A program made the translations under genes and the position numbers. A stretch of 64,000 bases of DNA from a phage: sequence record NC_135731.1. One strand, 5' to 3'. The notes under the pieces were generated by a model that was not told the DNA's origin, made no database searches, and worked only from the letters and a program-made list of their open reading frames with translations. This document shows, piece by piece, positions 47,244-56,665 of the stretch; position 1 is the first letter of the stretch; the number at the start of each line of letters is the position of its first letter.

Positions 47244-48526
47244 TGCATCAGATCAAAACAACACTGTACGCACTGAATAAAGATGGCAGCTACCAACAGT
47301 GGAAAGTATTCACGGATGGTGATAAGGTTATCGTAGAGTTTGGCAAGCTTGATGGTAAACTGCAATACAAAGAGACGATCTGCACACCTAAGAACGTGGG
47401 TCGTGCCAATGAAACTACAGCTGAGCAACAGGCCGAGCTGGAAGCGATCAGTAAGTGGGAAAAACAAGTCCGTCTGGGGTATGTTGAAAACATGGAAGAT
47501 TGCGAGCAGGGTGTTGATCTTTTACCCATGCTGGTGCATGACTACCTGAAGCGTGGCAAGGCACTTAAATTACCTTGCTGGATCTTGCGTAAGTTAGATG
47601 GCCTTCGTCTGCTTGTTGTTTTCCAAAATGGTGAGCCTAAATTTATTTCCCGTGGTAATAAGTCCTACCCTATTCAAGGAAAGCTTTTAGAGCAACTTCG
47701 TTCTTTCCATTCTACCACTGGGATTAAACAACTTGATGGGGAACTATACATTCATGGTCTTCCTTTGCAGAAAATAGTGTCTCTTGCTAAACGGTGGCGC
47801 ACACAGGAAGAGATTCAGGCCGAGATCGATAAAGACTATGAGGCAGATAAAAAACGCCGTCATGCCGCAATTAAGGCAGGCTTATCAACATACAAAAACT
47901 TCAACAAGGTAGATATTCCTGTCGATGTTGAGCCTGTTCGTGATGATTTGCGTTACGGTGGGTACTGTAGCTACGATCTGGAGTATCACATTTTTGATAT
48001 TCCTAGCGACAAGGTGTGGTGGGATCCAGAAACAGAGTCTGGACGCTGCAAGGATCTTATGGATGCAGGGGATACCGTTACCACTCTGATGCTTGACCAT
48101 ATCAAGGTTGTTGACGCAGAGCTTGCGTACACAGTTGATCATTGTGAAGAATCTGTTGGTATATTCATGTCCGAAGGATATGAAGGTACTATCATGCGTA
48201 ATTTCTGCGGTAAATACGAGTACGGTCAGCGAACATCTGAAGCATTGAAATGGAAAAAGTTCAACGACGCAGAGGTGAAAGTTATTGACGTTGAGAAAGA
48301 TAAGAATGACGAAGGTGTTCTTATCTGTGTTGACAAGGAAGGTGTTATTGTTAAAATGAAGATGAAAGGCACGCACGAGGAGCGTAGCTATGACAGGATG
48401 CAGGAAATGATCGGCAAGTTTGTCACCTTCAAATATCAATCAAGGACAGAAGACAACAACTACCAATTCCCTGTCGGTATCTGCGTCCGAAATGTTAACC
48501 CAGATACTTGGGAGGTGCTTGAATGA
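47243..48526 (+). CDS. putative ATP-dependent DNA ligase
   Basis: motif I KLDG (ILRKLDGLRL), candidate motif IV EGTIMR and motif V KWKKF; 427 aa. Confidence 0.55.
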   Translation: MHQIKTTLYALNKDGSYQQWKVFTDGDKVIVEFGKLDGKLQYKETICTPKNVGRANETTAEQQAELEAISKWEKQVRLGYVENMEDCEQGVDLLPMLVHDYLKRGKALKLPCWILRKLDGLRLLVVFQNGEPKFISRGNKSYPIQGKLLEQLRSFHSTTGIKQLDGELYIHGLPLQKIVSLAKRWRTQEEIQAEIDKDYEADKKRRHAAIKAGLSTYKNFNKVDIPVDVEPVRDDLRYGGYCSYDLEYHIFDIPSDKVWWDPETESGRCKDLMDAGDTVTTLMLDHIKVVDAELAYTVDHCEESVGIFMSEGYEGTIMRNFCGKYEYGQRTSEALKWKKFNDAEVKVIDVEKDKNDEGVLICVDKEGVIVKMKMKGTHEERSYDRMQEMIGKFVTFKYQSRTEDNNYQFPVGICVRNVNPDTWEVLE

Positions 48527-48650
48527 TGTAGGAAGGTTCAGTAGGTAACGGTAGCCAATCGAATGATGGTTTTTCAATTGGCACCTACATAACCACACTG
48601 TGTAGTGTTGTTGATCTGGTTAGTTATGAGTAAACTGGAGAGTATGAAAA

Positions 48651-49148
48651 ATGAAACTTGATAAAAATGTTCAACGAAAAGCTTTCTTGGATCTTATTGG
48701 CTGGGCAGAGGGAACAACAACCCACCCTGCCACCAAATGTGGAGGATACGATGTTGTAGCATACGGGATGGACGGAAAACCTGAAATCTTTACAGATTTT
48801 TCTACGCACCCTTTTGCAAACGGTCGCCCTGGTAAAGTGTTTAACTCAAAAGGGCAAAGAACTACAGCCTGCGGTAAATATCAATTTCTTGTCAAATACT
48901 GGGAACACTACAAAAAACAGCTTAAGTTGCCGGATTTTGGACCAGACAGTCAGGATAAGTGGGCGATCCAGTTGATCAGGGAACGTAAAGCACTTGAAGA
49001 TATAGATAACGGTCATATTAAATCTGCTATACGTAAGACCTCAAATATTTGGGCTTCGTTCCCCTACAACCAGTACGACCAAAATCCAAAAACCATTGAC
49101 AAGTTGCTTAAGAAATTTGTAGAGTTTGGAGGTGTTGTTCTGGATTAA
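48651..49148 (+). CDS. endolysin, lambda R-like lytic transglycosylase
   Basis: strong resemblance to phage lambda R from memory (QRKAFLDLIGWAEGT, GKYQFL, IWASFPY); 165 aa. Confidence 0.85.
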   Translation: MKLDKNVQRKAFLDLIGWAEGTTTHPATKCGGYDVVAYGMDGKPEIFTDFSTHPFANGRPGKVFNSKGQRTTACGKYQFLVKYWEHYKKQLKLPDFGPDSQDKWAIQLIRERKALEDIDNGHIKSAIRKTSNIWASFPYNQYDQNPKTIDKLLKKFVEFGGVVLD

Positions 49149-49202
49149 TGATTAAAAGGTAGGCCACTCGCCTACCTTGCTACACCAGAGGTGTGTTGAG
49201 AT

Positions 49203-49964
49203 ATGACGATACATTTCTTTTTTAATGATCACTACCCTTATTGGTACAAGGATGGTGATCTAATCTTTTGGAAACCTGGCTGCAGTAGGAATGGAAATAG
49301 GGCTGGACACTACAACAAAAAGACTGGATATTTCCAAGTGTACAATAAGCTGACAAATGTTAAACGTGGCAGACATAGGGAAATTTTTGACATGTTTTAC
49401 GGATGTGTCACAGATACTTGGCATATTGATCATATTATCTCTAAGAAAAATTCTACTAACGGAGTGCCTGTAGACAAGATAGAAAACCTTCAAATGTTGA
49501 AGCCTTGGGATAACTACTGTAAGAGAGCCTTGGAAAATGTGCAAAGCAATAACACCTCTACAGTGACTGGTGTGGTATGGCTGAAAAGAGAGGGTAAGTG
49601 GAGGGCAAGTAGAAGGATAAATAGGGTAAATGTTAGGTTGGGAGATTTTGACACTTTCGAAGAGGCTAAGTCTAGGGTTGAATGGTCAATAGCCAACCCG
49701 GAAGAGGCTTTAAAGATAGTTCCAAACCCGCACAAGAATAATATCCTGCCAGGTATTGATTGGTCTAAGAAAGATACCTGTTGGAGGGCACGAGATAACA
49801 AAGGAAGAAACTTAAGGTGCTTCAACGACAGGAAGTGGCTAAACCCCTGGTGGGAGGCAGTTTGTGCAAGAAAGTCTTGGGAAGTAAACTGTCTCTACGG
49901 AGGAATGTCACTAACTGAGTGGAAGTTATCCAGAGGCTATCCAAGACCTTGTGTTGAGGATTGA
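49203..49964 (+). CDS. HNH homing endonuclease with AP2-type DNA-binding domain
   Basis: HNH-like segment WHIDHIISKKNSTNGVPVDKIENLQ and AP2-like segment GVVWLKREGKWRASRRINRVNVRLGDFDTFEEA; free-standing between endolysin and downstream genes. Confidence 0.65.
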   Translation: MTIHFFFNDHYPYWYKDGDLIFWKPGCSRNGNRAGHYNKKTGYFQVYNKLTNVKRGRHREIFDMFYGCVTDTWHIDHIISKKNSTNGVPVDKIENLQMLKPWDNYCKRALENVQSNNTSTVTGVVWLKREGKWRASRRINRVNVRLGDFDTFEEAKSRVEWSIANPEEALKIVPNPHKNNILPGIDWSKKDTCWRARDNKGRNLRCFNDRKWLNPWWEAVCARKSWEVNCLYGGMSLTEWKLSRGYPRPCVED

Positions 49965-50027
49965 TCATTGACATAACCACACGGACGTGGTATTGTTGCC
50001 TCATAGAATGTTCGAGAGGGTTTAACC

Positions 50028-50234
50028 ATGAAAGATTTTCTGTTGGCAATTTTGTTCATGGCAGCATGTCTGGCCTGTGGTGTCGTGTTTGCAGGTGAAA
50101 CAGCGTATCTTGTCGATGTATATCGGGACAATGGTAAACGTATTTGCCTTTATGAGACAAGCCAAGGTGAGCTCTACGAGCTTGTGAAACAAGGCGAGGC
50201 TGGATCTTGTCCTCGCACCCATTTCTTTGAATGA
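50028..50234 (+). CDS. small membrane or secreted protein
   Basis: 68 aa with N-terminal hydrophobic segment FLLAILFMAACLACGVVFAG; function unknown. Confidence 0.3.
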   Translation: MKDFLLAILFMAACLACGVVFAGETAYLVDVYRDNGKRICLYETSQGELYELVKQGEAGSCPRTHFFE

Positions 50235-50243
50235 GGAGAATAC

Positions 50244-50708
50244 GTGGAAGACGGACGTTTAATGAAGTCTGAACGCAGGCTTATTGTGCAACTGATCCCA
50301 GAAACAGCTTGGTATAATAACCTCCGAAACGCTGTGAAGAAGAGTGAGTGGGATAAGATCCGTAAGAAGTGCTACAGAGAAGCCAACTACACTTGTGAGG
50401 TGTGCGGAGGTAAAGGCAGCAAACATCCAGTGGAGTGTCATGAACTTTACACTTTCGAAGAGGGAGTGATCCGGCTTGTCGGACTGATAGCGTTGTGCCC
50501 AGATTGTCACACATCTGTGCATCCTGGGTTAGCAAATATCCGTGGAAAGTATGCTCAGGCAGTTAATCAGTTGGCTAAGGTGAATAAGATCACCAAGGGT
50601 ATGGCAGAGGCCTATTACCGAGACTGCTTTGCAGAGTGGCGTGAGCTTAGTAAAGTTCCAGAATGGAAGACTGACTTTTCGTGGATAGAGGGTTACCTTG
50701 ATGGCTAA
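50244..50708 (+). CDS. zinc-finger protein, possibly HNH-like
   Basis: CEVCGG...ECHE...CPDCH spacing suggestive of a zinc-binding nuclease fold; weak. Confidence 0.3.
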   Translation: MEDGRLMKSERRLIVQLIPETAWYNNLRNAVKKSEWDKIRKKCYREANYTCEVCGGKGSKHPVECHELYTFEEGVIRLVGLIALCPDCHTSVHPGLANIRGKYAQAVNQLAKVNKITKGMAEAYYRDCFAEWRELSKVPEWKTDFSWIEGYLDG

Positions 50709-50997
50709 GAAACCTGCAAAAGAGAAATTTGATAAGACAGCTTTTGTATTCGATACACCTCTGGACGATATCATCAGAGGTATGCAAGCCTTGTATAGGA
50801 AGTCTGAATCTGAGCAGTTGTCGGAATCAGAGCTTTACTGGTTGGGTTGGTGGGAGCTTAATCTACCTAAAGCTGAAAGCTCTAATCTAAAAACCGTTAA
50901 AACTTGTGCCCAAGAAAATGCTGCACTTGGAATTTACCACAAAAGAAAAAGATCAACAAAAAGCTCTCCAAGAAAGACTAAAAGTCTTGACAAATGA
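50698..50997 (+). CDS. hypothetical protein
   Basis: 99-aa ORF with basic C-terminus. Confidence 0.25.
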   Translation: MMAKKPAKEKFDKTAFVFDTPLDDIIRGMQALYRKSESEQLSESELYWLGWWELNLPKAESSNLKTVKTCAQENAALGIYHKRKRSTKSSPRKTKSLDK

Positions 50998-51049
50998 GTC
51001 TATGATCTGATATTATCAGTTAACTATTTATTAACTAGGAGAACTAGGT

Positions 51050-51358
51050 ATGCTTAAAATTTTTATTGTTGAAGATAAAGATATCGTCCAGTTGTATGCA
51101 AATGAGAATCACAAAGGTATGATTCTGAAGAAGGCAAGCAACCTTCATGAAAACACAATTCAACCTGGCGATGTAATTAAGATCTGTGGCTATCTGATAC
51201 CAGACTCCTTGATGAAAATAACCCACCACTGGGGGTCTAATCTGTTCCTTTTTGAAAAGTATTGGGATGTTGAGTCACTTATTGCAGAAAGTGATGATGC
51301 ATTTCATTACAGCATCCAACCATCTTGCAGAATAACTAACAGGAGGGGCTTTGAGTAA
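51050..51358 (+). CDS. hypothetical protein
   Basis: 102-aa ORF preceded by AGGAGAA RBS. Confidence 0.3.
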   Translation: MLKIFIVEDKDIVQLYANENHKGMILKKASNLHENTIQPGDVIKICGYLIPDSLMKITHHWGSNLFLFEKYWDVESLIAESDDAFHYSIQPSCRITNRRGFE

Positions 51359-52490
51359 AGAATATCCACTTATTGAATCTGTAGATTGTCTTGCTGATCT
51401 TCTCGAACCTGACGCTATAGTTTATTATGACTTCGACCAGGTTGCATATCAAGCTGCGGCAAGTTGTGAAAAAAGGACAATTGAGGTAACACACAAAGCC
51501 TCCGGACGCAAGAAGATGTTTAAAACACGAACAGAGTTCTGGGGGCGGCAGAAAAACACCGTTGGTGGTTGGTTAAAAGCTGAGAATACCAACCGTGAAG
51601 CCGCATGTAAAAAGGCTGGAAAGGAGTTTATTCCGTGGACACGCGAAGATTTCGATGTCTTGGATATCCAAACCCCTGATCCTGTAGAGAACTGCTTACA
51701 CACAATTAAGTGTAAAGCTAATGCAGTTCTTAACTATCTTGGTATTCCGGAAGAGCGATGTGTCGGGGTGTTGGGAGGCACAGGTAACTTCAGACTAGAT
51801 CTTCCAATGCCGGAAAGATACAAAGCCAACCGTAACAATACTCTTCGACCACTGCTGCTTGGAGATGCAAGACAGTATCTCCAAAAGCAGTATAATGCTC
51901 AAGTGATCAACGGTATCGAGGCTGACGACTGGTTAGCTATCCAGCAATTTGAAGGTTGGAACCACTACCAAAAAACAGGTAAGTTCAACAAGTTTATTAT
52001 CTCTATTGATAAGGACCAAAGAACACTACCTGGACTTGTGTTCGATCCCATGCGAAACGATAAGGGAGATTTTGTAAGGGAAACCCCTATGCTGATCGAT
52101 AACGGCATGGGAAACATCTTCATGAAGCCTAATGGAGAGGTTGGTGGTTACGGAATGCTGTTCTTCGGATACCAAATGCTGTGTGGTGACTCTGCTGACA
52201 ACATCAAGCCGTATCAAGGACTTATCGGTAAGGGTAAGTTCGGGGATGCCTCAGCATTCTACCTGCTGTCTCAGTGCAGCACTCCAAAGGAGATGTGGGT
52301 GGCTATTATTGATCAGTACAAGAAGTGGTTCCCGAAAGGTGTTGTTAAGTATACTGACTTCAATGGCATTGATCGTAGAATTTCCGTAGGTCAATGGATG
52401 AGTATAATTTTTGACTGTTTGTATATGAAGCGAACATTCAATGATCAAACAAAACTTGTTAACGTTCTTAGAAATGTTGGAGCAATTTGA
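51351..52490 (+). CDS. 5'-3' exonuclease / flap endonuclease (FEN family)
   Basis: GIEADDW and helix-3-turn-helix segment LCGDSADNIKPYQGLIGKGKFGDA, matching the GDxSDNIPGV signature of 5'-nucleases. Confidence 0.55.
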   Translation: MSKEYPLIESVDCLADLLEPDAIVYYDFDQVAYQAAASCEKRTIEVTHKASGRKKMFKTRTEFWGRQKNTVGGWLKAENTNREAACKKAGKEFIPWTREDFDVLDIQTPDPVENCLHTIKCKANAVLNYLGIPEERCVGVLGGTGNFRLDLPMPERYKANRNNTLRPLLLGDARQYLQKQYNAQVINGIEADDWLAIQQFEGWNHYQKTGKFNKFIISIDKDQRTLPGLVFDPMRNDKGDFVRETPMLIDNGMGNIFMKPNGEVGGYGMLFFGYQMLCGDSADNIKPYQGLIGKGKFGDASAFYLLSQCSTPKEMWVAIIDQYKKWFPKGVVKYTDFNGIDRRISVGQWMSIIFDCLYMKRTFNDQTKLVNVLRNVGAI

Positions 52491-52822
52491 TGACTAAAAA
52501 TGCTGTAGATAATGCAATTATGGAAGCTGTTTTTGAGGATGATCATACAACAGGGACACTTAAAACAAAAAACACATTTATTGTTGCCACAGGTATGTGG
52601 CGGTTGTACGAAGATGACACTATTGCATACATCTTGTATACTGATGATTACGCAGATGACCGTGTATGGTCTGCTGTTTTAAAAGAGGATTGTGAGCTGA
52701 TTGAGGGCGAGCGGTTATGCATGTTCACCAGTGTGGAAACAGATGTTAAGCTTTGCTCTCTCGTCTTGTTCAAAGATAAGGCTTATGCTCCTGATGAAGG
52801 AGAGGAGGATGAGAGAGCATGA
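52487..52822 (+). CDS. hypothetical acidic protein
   Basis: 111-aa ORF with Glu/Asp-rich C-terminus. Confidence 0.3.
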   Translation: MMTKNAVDNAIMEAVFEDDHTTGTLKTKNTFIVATGMWRLYEDDTIAYILYTDDYADDRVWSAVLKEDCELIEGERLCMFTSVETDVKLCSLVLFKDKAYAPDEGEEDERA

Positions 52823-53448
52823 GAGAGCGTCTATTATCCATAGACCAGTCGTTGACACACACAGCTTGCGTTGTATGGGACGATGGAAAGCCTGTTCATA
52901 AGGTTGTGTTACGAACTCAAAGCTCATCTGCAAAAGAGAAGAAACCAGGGACGGTTTCTTTTGCAACAGCTGCTGAGCGCATTGACTGGATCTGCAAACA
53001 GGTCAGATATTATATCCACACGCACGGAGTTGACACCGTGGTTATGGAAGGGCTTTCCTTTGGATCACGCGGTGATGCCACACGTGAGCTGGCTGGGCTG
53101 TTTTACGGTCTTGAAATTATGCTTTGGGATGCCTTAGCTGATTGTGAAAATGACGGCCTGTTTAAGGTCCACACAGTGACACCAACAACTGCCAAAAAGT
53201 TTGCTCGTAGTCATCTTCCTGAAGAACTTGCTTTTGAGGAGAAGAAAAAGCTTGACAAAAAGACAGGTAAAGAGCATACTGTGAAGAAACCTGTTACAAT
53301 GGATAAAAAGTTGATGGTTAAGGCCTGCGAAGTATCTGAACCTGGGTTCCTAGATGGGATCAATTTGGTACAAGGTAAGGCCGATCTCGCAGATGCTTAT
53401 TGGATAGGCAGGGCTCATCTGGAGGGATTATCGCAAAGCGTAAAATAA
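52819..53448 (+). CDS. putative RuvC-like Holliday-junction resolvase / RNase H-fold nuclease
   Basis: N-terminal LSIDQSLTHTACVV resembles the first catalytic strand of RuvC-type resolvases; remainder unverified. Confidence 0.35.
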   Translation: MRERLLSIDQSLTHTACVVWDDGKPVHKVVLRTQSSSAKEKKPGTVSFATAAERIDWICKQVRYYIHTHGVDTVVMEGLSFGSRGDATRELAGLFYGLEIMLWDALADCENDGLFKVHTVTPTTAKKFARSHLPEELAFEEKKKLDKKTGKEHTVKKPVTMDKKLMVKACEVSEPGFLDGINLVQGKADLADAYWIGRAHLEGLSQSVK

Positions 53449-54005
53449 GAAAGAAAGCTGTCAAAGCCCCAGTTCATAACGGGTGGTTAAAAGATTCTAA
53501 GGACATAGCCAACTTTCGAAAAGAATTGTCAGAGGAGCAGGATGGTCTTGATCCGATCTTGTGCGAGCCACTTCGTAAGCCTTGTTTAGATCATGATCAT
53601 CTGACTGGTCGTTGCAGGGGTGTTTTGTCTCAATGCACTAATACCTTTGAGGGATATGTGCTTAAATACTGGATGAAATACTGTAACGAGTATACAGATT
53701 GCAGTTTATCAGAGGCGTTGCGCCGGATGGCTGACTATTTGGAGAAAGATTACAGCGACTTCCCGCTCCACAAAAACTACAGAGATGATATGACAAAGTT
53801 CTTGAGGAGATGCTCTAAAGCTACGATTATTGCACGAGCAGAATCAGATCTAAATCTTGTCATTAATCCGGAGTGCACCAAGCATGAGGCTATTGAGTTC
53901 TACATGCAGGAGTTTATAAAGAAAACTGAGGAGAGAGATTTCTATGGGGATGAAAAAGGTATTCAATCCTTGCGACTCAGTCCTGATCAGGATGAAATAC
54001 CGTAA
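53400..54005 (+). CDS. endonuclease VII-like HNH nuclease
   Basis: signature LDHDHLTGRCRGVLSQCTN, same family as the intron-encoded ORF at 36679..37269; listed start overlaps upstream gene so true start may be internal. Confidence 0.55.
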   Translation: MDRQGSSGGIIAKRKIRKKAVKAPVHNGWLKDSKDIANFRKELSEEQDGLDPILCEPLRKPCLDHDHLTGRCRGVLSQCTNTFEGYVLKYWMKYCNEYTDCSLSEALRRMADYLEKDYSDFPLHKNYRDDMTKFLRRCSKATIIARAESDLNLVINPECTKHEAIEFYMQEFIKKTEERDFYGDEKGIQSLRLSPDQDEIP

Positions 54006-54165
54006 CTGGAAAGGTGTTGTTGCAGATCGCTGCGTTACTGAGCCTAATTTATGGTTTGGCTCTACAGAGTATCATAAAGAAGAGCAGTGGTTGATGCGTG
54101 CCTTCGATGTAGACAAGGGCGAATATCGTGACTTCGCTTTAAAAGACATTCTTCAGTTTTACTAA
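53944..54165 (+). CDS. hypothetical protein
   Basis: 73-aa ORF. Confidence 0.25.
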   Translation: MGMKKVFNPCDSVLIRMKYRNWKGVVADRCVTEPNLWFGSTEYHKEEQWLMRAFDVDKGEYRDFALKDILQFY

Positions 54166-54177
54166 GGAATCTTAACG

Positions 54178-55161
54178 ATGATGACAAAGTTAACTCTTGA
54201 GCAAATTTTAACACTAAAGCAACAGGGATACACTAATAGACAAATTGCTCGTGAATTTTTAGGCCGTGAGTCACGTGAGAGCTGGATCCGACTACAGCTT
54301 AAACGTGCACAAGAGAATATGTCAGAGATTGTAGGAGAAGCAACGGAGCGCTTCCTTGAAGAACACAAAGGTGCTAAAGTTTGGGTGTATGATACAGAGA
54401 CATCCCCAACAAACGGCTGGTTCTTTGGGCACTATAAGACCAACATTCAAACCTGTGGTATTGAAGTTATGCCCTATATGCTAACTTTCGCAGGTAAGTG
54501 GTTAGACAGCCCTAGTGTAGTTGACTGCGCTCTTCCCGATTACAAAATGTGGGATGAGGATATTCACAATGATCTCGAATTGATTCAGGATTTGTGGTAT
54601 TATCTGGATAAATGCGATGTCGCAGTAGCCCACAATTCAGGTTTTGACTGCGGGTGGGCCAACCAACGATTTGCATTTCACGGGTTGCCTCCAACAAGCC
54701 CCTACAAAGAGGTTGATACCCTTAAAATGATCAAGAAGGCATTCCGTTTGAATGCAAACACTTTGGAGTATGCATGCAAATACTTCCAACTGGCCCGACA
54801 GAAACTGATTGATCACACATTTGAAATGTGGATCAAGTGTGTCCATGGCGATCTTGAGGCATTTAAACAGATGCGGGAGTATAATGTTGGTGATATCCTG
54901 TCTCTGGAAGGACTGTATTTGCTGGCTCGCCCGTTTGCTAAGCAGCACCCAAACATGTCATTGTACTACCAGGACGAGGAGCCAAAGGTTCGTTGCCCAC
55001 GCTGTGGTGGAGAACACTTTCACGAGGAAGAAGCTTTGGCATATACTCAGCTGAGTGCATTTAAAACATACCGCTGCGAAGGTTGTGGATCTGTTGTTCG
55101 TGACCGTAACAACATCCGTACCAGAGAAGAAATGAAAAACACCCTGATTCAGATAATCTAA
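54178..55161 (+). CDS. DEDD-family 3'-5' exonuclease with N-terminal HTH and C-terminal zinc ribbon
   Basis: Exo I VWVYDTETS, Exo II AHNSGFD, Exo III YNVGD; N-terminal LKQQGYTNRQIAREF; C-terminal CPRCGG...CEGCG. Confidence 0.5.
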   Translation: MMTKLTLEQILTLKQQGYTNRQIAREFLGRESRESWIRLQLKRAQENMSEIVGEATERFLEEHKGAKVWVYDTETSPTNGWFFGHYKTNIQTCGIEVMPYMLTFAGKWLDSPSVVDCALPDYKMWDEDIHNDLELIQDLWYYLDKCDVAVAHNSGFDCGWANQRFAFHGLPPTSPYKEVDTLKMIKKAFRLNANTLEYACKYFQLARQKLIDHTFEMWIKCVHGDLEAFKQMREYNVGDILSLEGLYLLARPFAKQHPNMSLYYQDEEPKVRCPRCGGEHFHEEEALAYTQLSAFKTYRCEGCGSVVRDRNNIRTREEMKNTLIQII

Positions 55162-55169
55162 CAATTATA

Positions 55170-55198
55170 GGGAGGCTTGCGCCTCCCTTTTCCTTTTG
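55170..55198 (+). terminator. intrinsic terminator (plus strand)
   Basis: hairpin GGGAGGC-UUGC-GCCUCCC followed by UUUUCCUUUUGG, directly after stop of 54178..55161. Confidence 0.6.
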
Positions 55199-55206
55199 GA
55201 GGCACT

Positions 55207-56025
55207 TTGAGCAAGAAAGAGTCCAACGACAAATATTACACAAACCCTGAGTATGCAGAATATCTTGTTGGTAAAGTAAAAGACAAGTATGGGAATTGTG
55301 CATACGTTGAGCCTTCTGCTGGAAGGGGTTCTTTTTCAAAACTATTTTCAGAAATACTGTCGTACGATTTAGTACCAGATCCTGAATTTGAAGGGCCAAC
55401 ACCGTGCATTCAGGCAAACTTCTTGGAGGTGCACCCCAAGGCAGATGTCTTCATAGGTAACCCACCATTTGGAAAGAATTCATCTTTGGCTTGCAAATTC
55501 TTCAACCATTGTGCATCATTGCTAGAGCTTGGAGGGGCCATAGCCTTCATCTTGCCACGGACATTTGAAAAAATATTTTTTGCAAACAAATTGGACATGT
55601 CGATGCACCTTGTCTACAGCGAAAGGTGCCCTAAGAATTCGTTTTTACTTAATGGCAAACCTTATGACGTGCCGTGTGTTTTCCAAATTTGGGAGAAAAA
55701 GGCGTGTAATAGGGATCCTGTAGAGATTGGAGAGAATAAGTTATTTTCTTTTAGCACTCCAGATGACTACGACTTCTGTGTAAGACGTGTTGGGTATAAT
55801 GCTGGAAAAGTATTGGTGGATGATGACCCAAAATCTGAAGAATCTACATATTTCATAAAATCTTTAGTTGACGGTGTTGACAGAGTGTTTGCTGAATGCT
55901 ATTCTTCTTTTCAAGAAGAAGCAGGTAAGACTGCTGGAATGAAGAGTATAGGCAAGAAAGAACTACAATACATTTTGGAGACCCGGTATGATCAAAAGCA
56001 TAGACTTGACCAAAGAACTTACTGA
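55207..56025 (+). CDS. DNA methyltransferase (N6-adenine or N4-cytosine type)
   Basis: AdoMet motif VEPSAGRGSF followed by catalytic FIGNPPFG; start placed at TTG 55207 after GGAGG RBS because the listed ATG (55177) lies inside the upstream terminator hairpin. Confidence 0.6.
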   Translation: MSKKESNDKYYTNPEYAEYLVGKVKDKYGNCAYVEPSAGRGSFSKLFSEILSYDLVPDPEFEGPTPCIQANFLEVHPKADVFIGNPPFGKNSSLACKFFNHCASLLELGGAIAFILPRTFEKIFFANKLDMSMHLVYSERCPKNSFLLNGKPYDVPCVFQIWEKKACNRDPVEIGENKLFSFSTPDDYDFCVRRVGYNAGKVLVDDDPKSEESTYFIKSLVDGVDRVFAECYSSFQEEAGKTAGMKSIGKKELQYILETRYDQKHRLDQRTY

Positions 56026-56446
56026 TGCAAAAGCTTTTGGTGAGACAGCGGTACAAAGAGGCCAGGCGATGGGACTGGCACTACCTTTCGTCTTAAAAGA
56101 GCACTTTACAGATTTTCAACTTATCAAAGGTGATAAGGGAATGCTTATCCTGGAGCATAGGTTGAGTAAGAAACGCTACAAAGTTGTTTTTAATTCTAAA
56201 GCCCCAACAAAACTTGGATTCAGAACTTACAATCTCAACCCATCCTATACTAAGGGTGTTGGAAGGGTAGAACAACAGCATTTCAGTGCTAGAGCTTCTT
56301 TAGCCCCTTTGATGCTAAATTTCTCAGGTGTGGCTTTAGGATACCTTGATAAGAAAAGAGTTCTTCATGTCCGTTTCACAGACTTTGTAACGCTTTTAGC
56401 TAACAACGAAGTTGATGAAAAGGGACGTGTAAAAACAAACTTCTAA
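55988..56446 (+). CDS. hypothetical protein
   Basis: 152-aa ORF. Confidence 0.3.
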   Translation: MIKSIDLTKELTDAKAFGETAVQRGQAMGLALPFVLKEHFTDFQLIKGDKGMLILEHRLSKKRYKVVFNSKAPTKLGFRTYNLNPSYTKGVGRVEQQHFSARASLAPLMLNFSGVALGYLDKKRVLHVRFTDFVTLLANNEVDEKGRVKTNF

Positions 56447-56461
56447 TAACGCATAGTATGA

Positions 56462-56665
56462 TTGGAGACCGCAATGGCACTAAAGTTAACAATTCCAGAC
56501 AGCTTTTCAGAAAACTTTATCCCAGAAATGATGGGTAAGATGCGATCATTGCTTGATCAGATTGAGGAAGCTGTTTGGGAAGACGATGCTGTAGTGGCTA
56601 ACGAACTGGTAGATAAGTGTAAAAGTATTATTGATGCAGTTGAAGAATACCACGGAGGTTTTTGA
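56462..56665 (+). CDS. hypothetical protein
   Basis: 67-aa acidic ORF. Confidence 0.3.
   Translation: METAMALKLTIPDSFSENFIPEMMGKMRSLLDQIEEAVWEDDAVVANELVDKCKSIIDAVEEYHGGF

Noticed and set aside
55177-55206. ATG at 55177 as the methyltransferase start (as in the ORF track)
   Set aside because: This ATG lies inside the terminator hairpin of the upstream gene and has no RBS; the TTG at 55207 follows a GGAGG RBS and begins just before the conserved N-terminal methyltransferase region.
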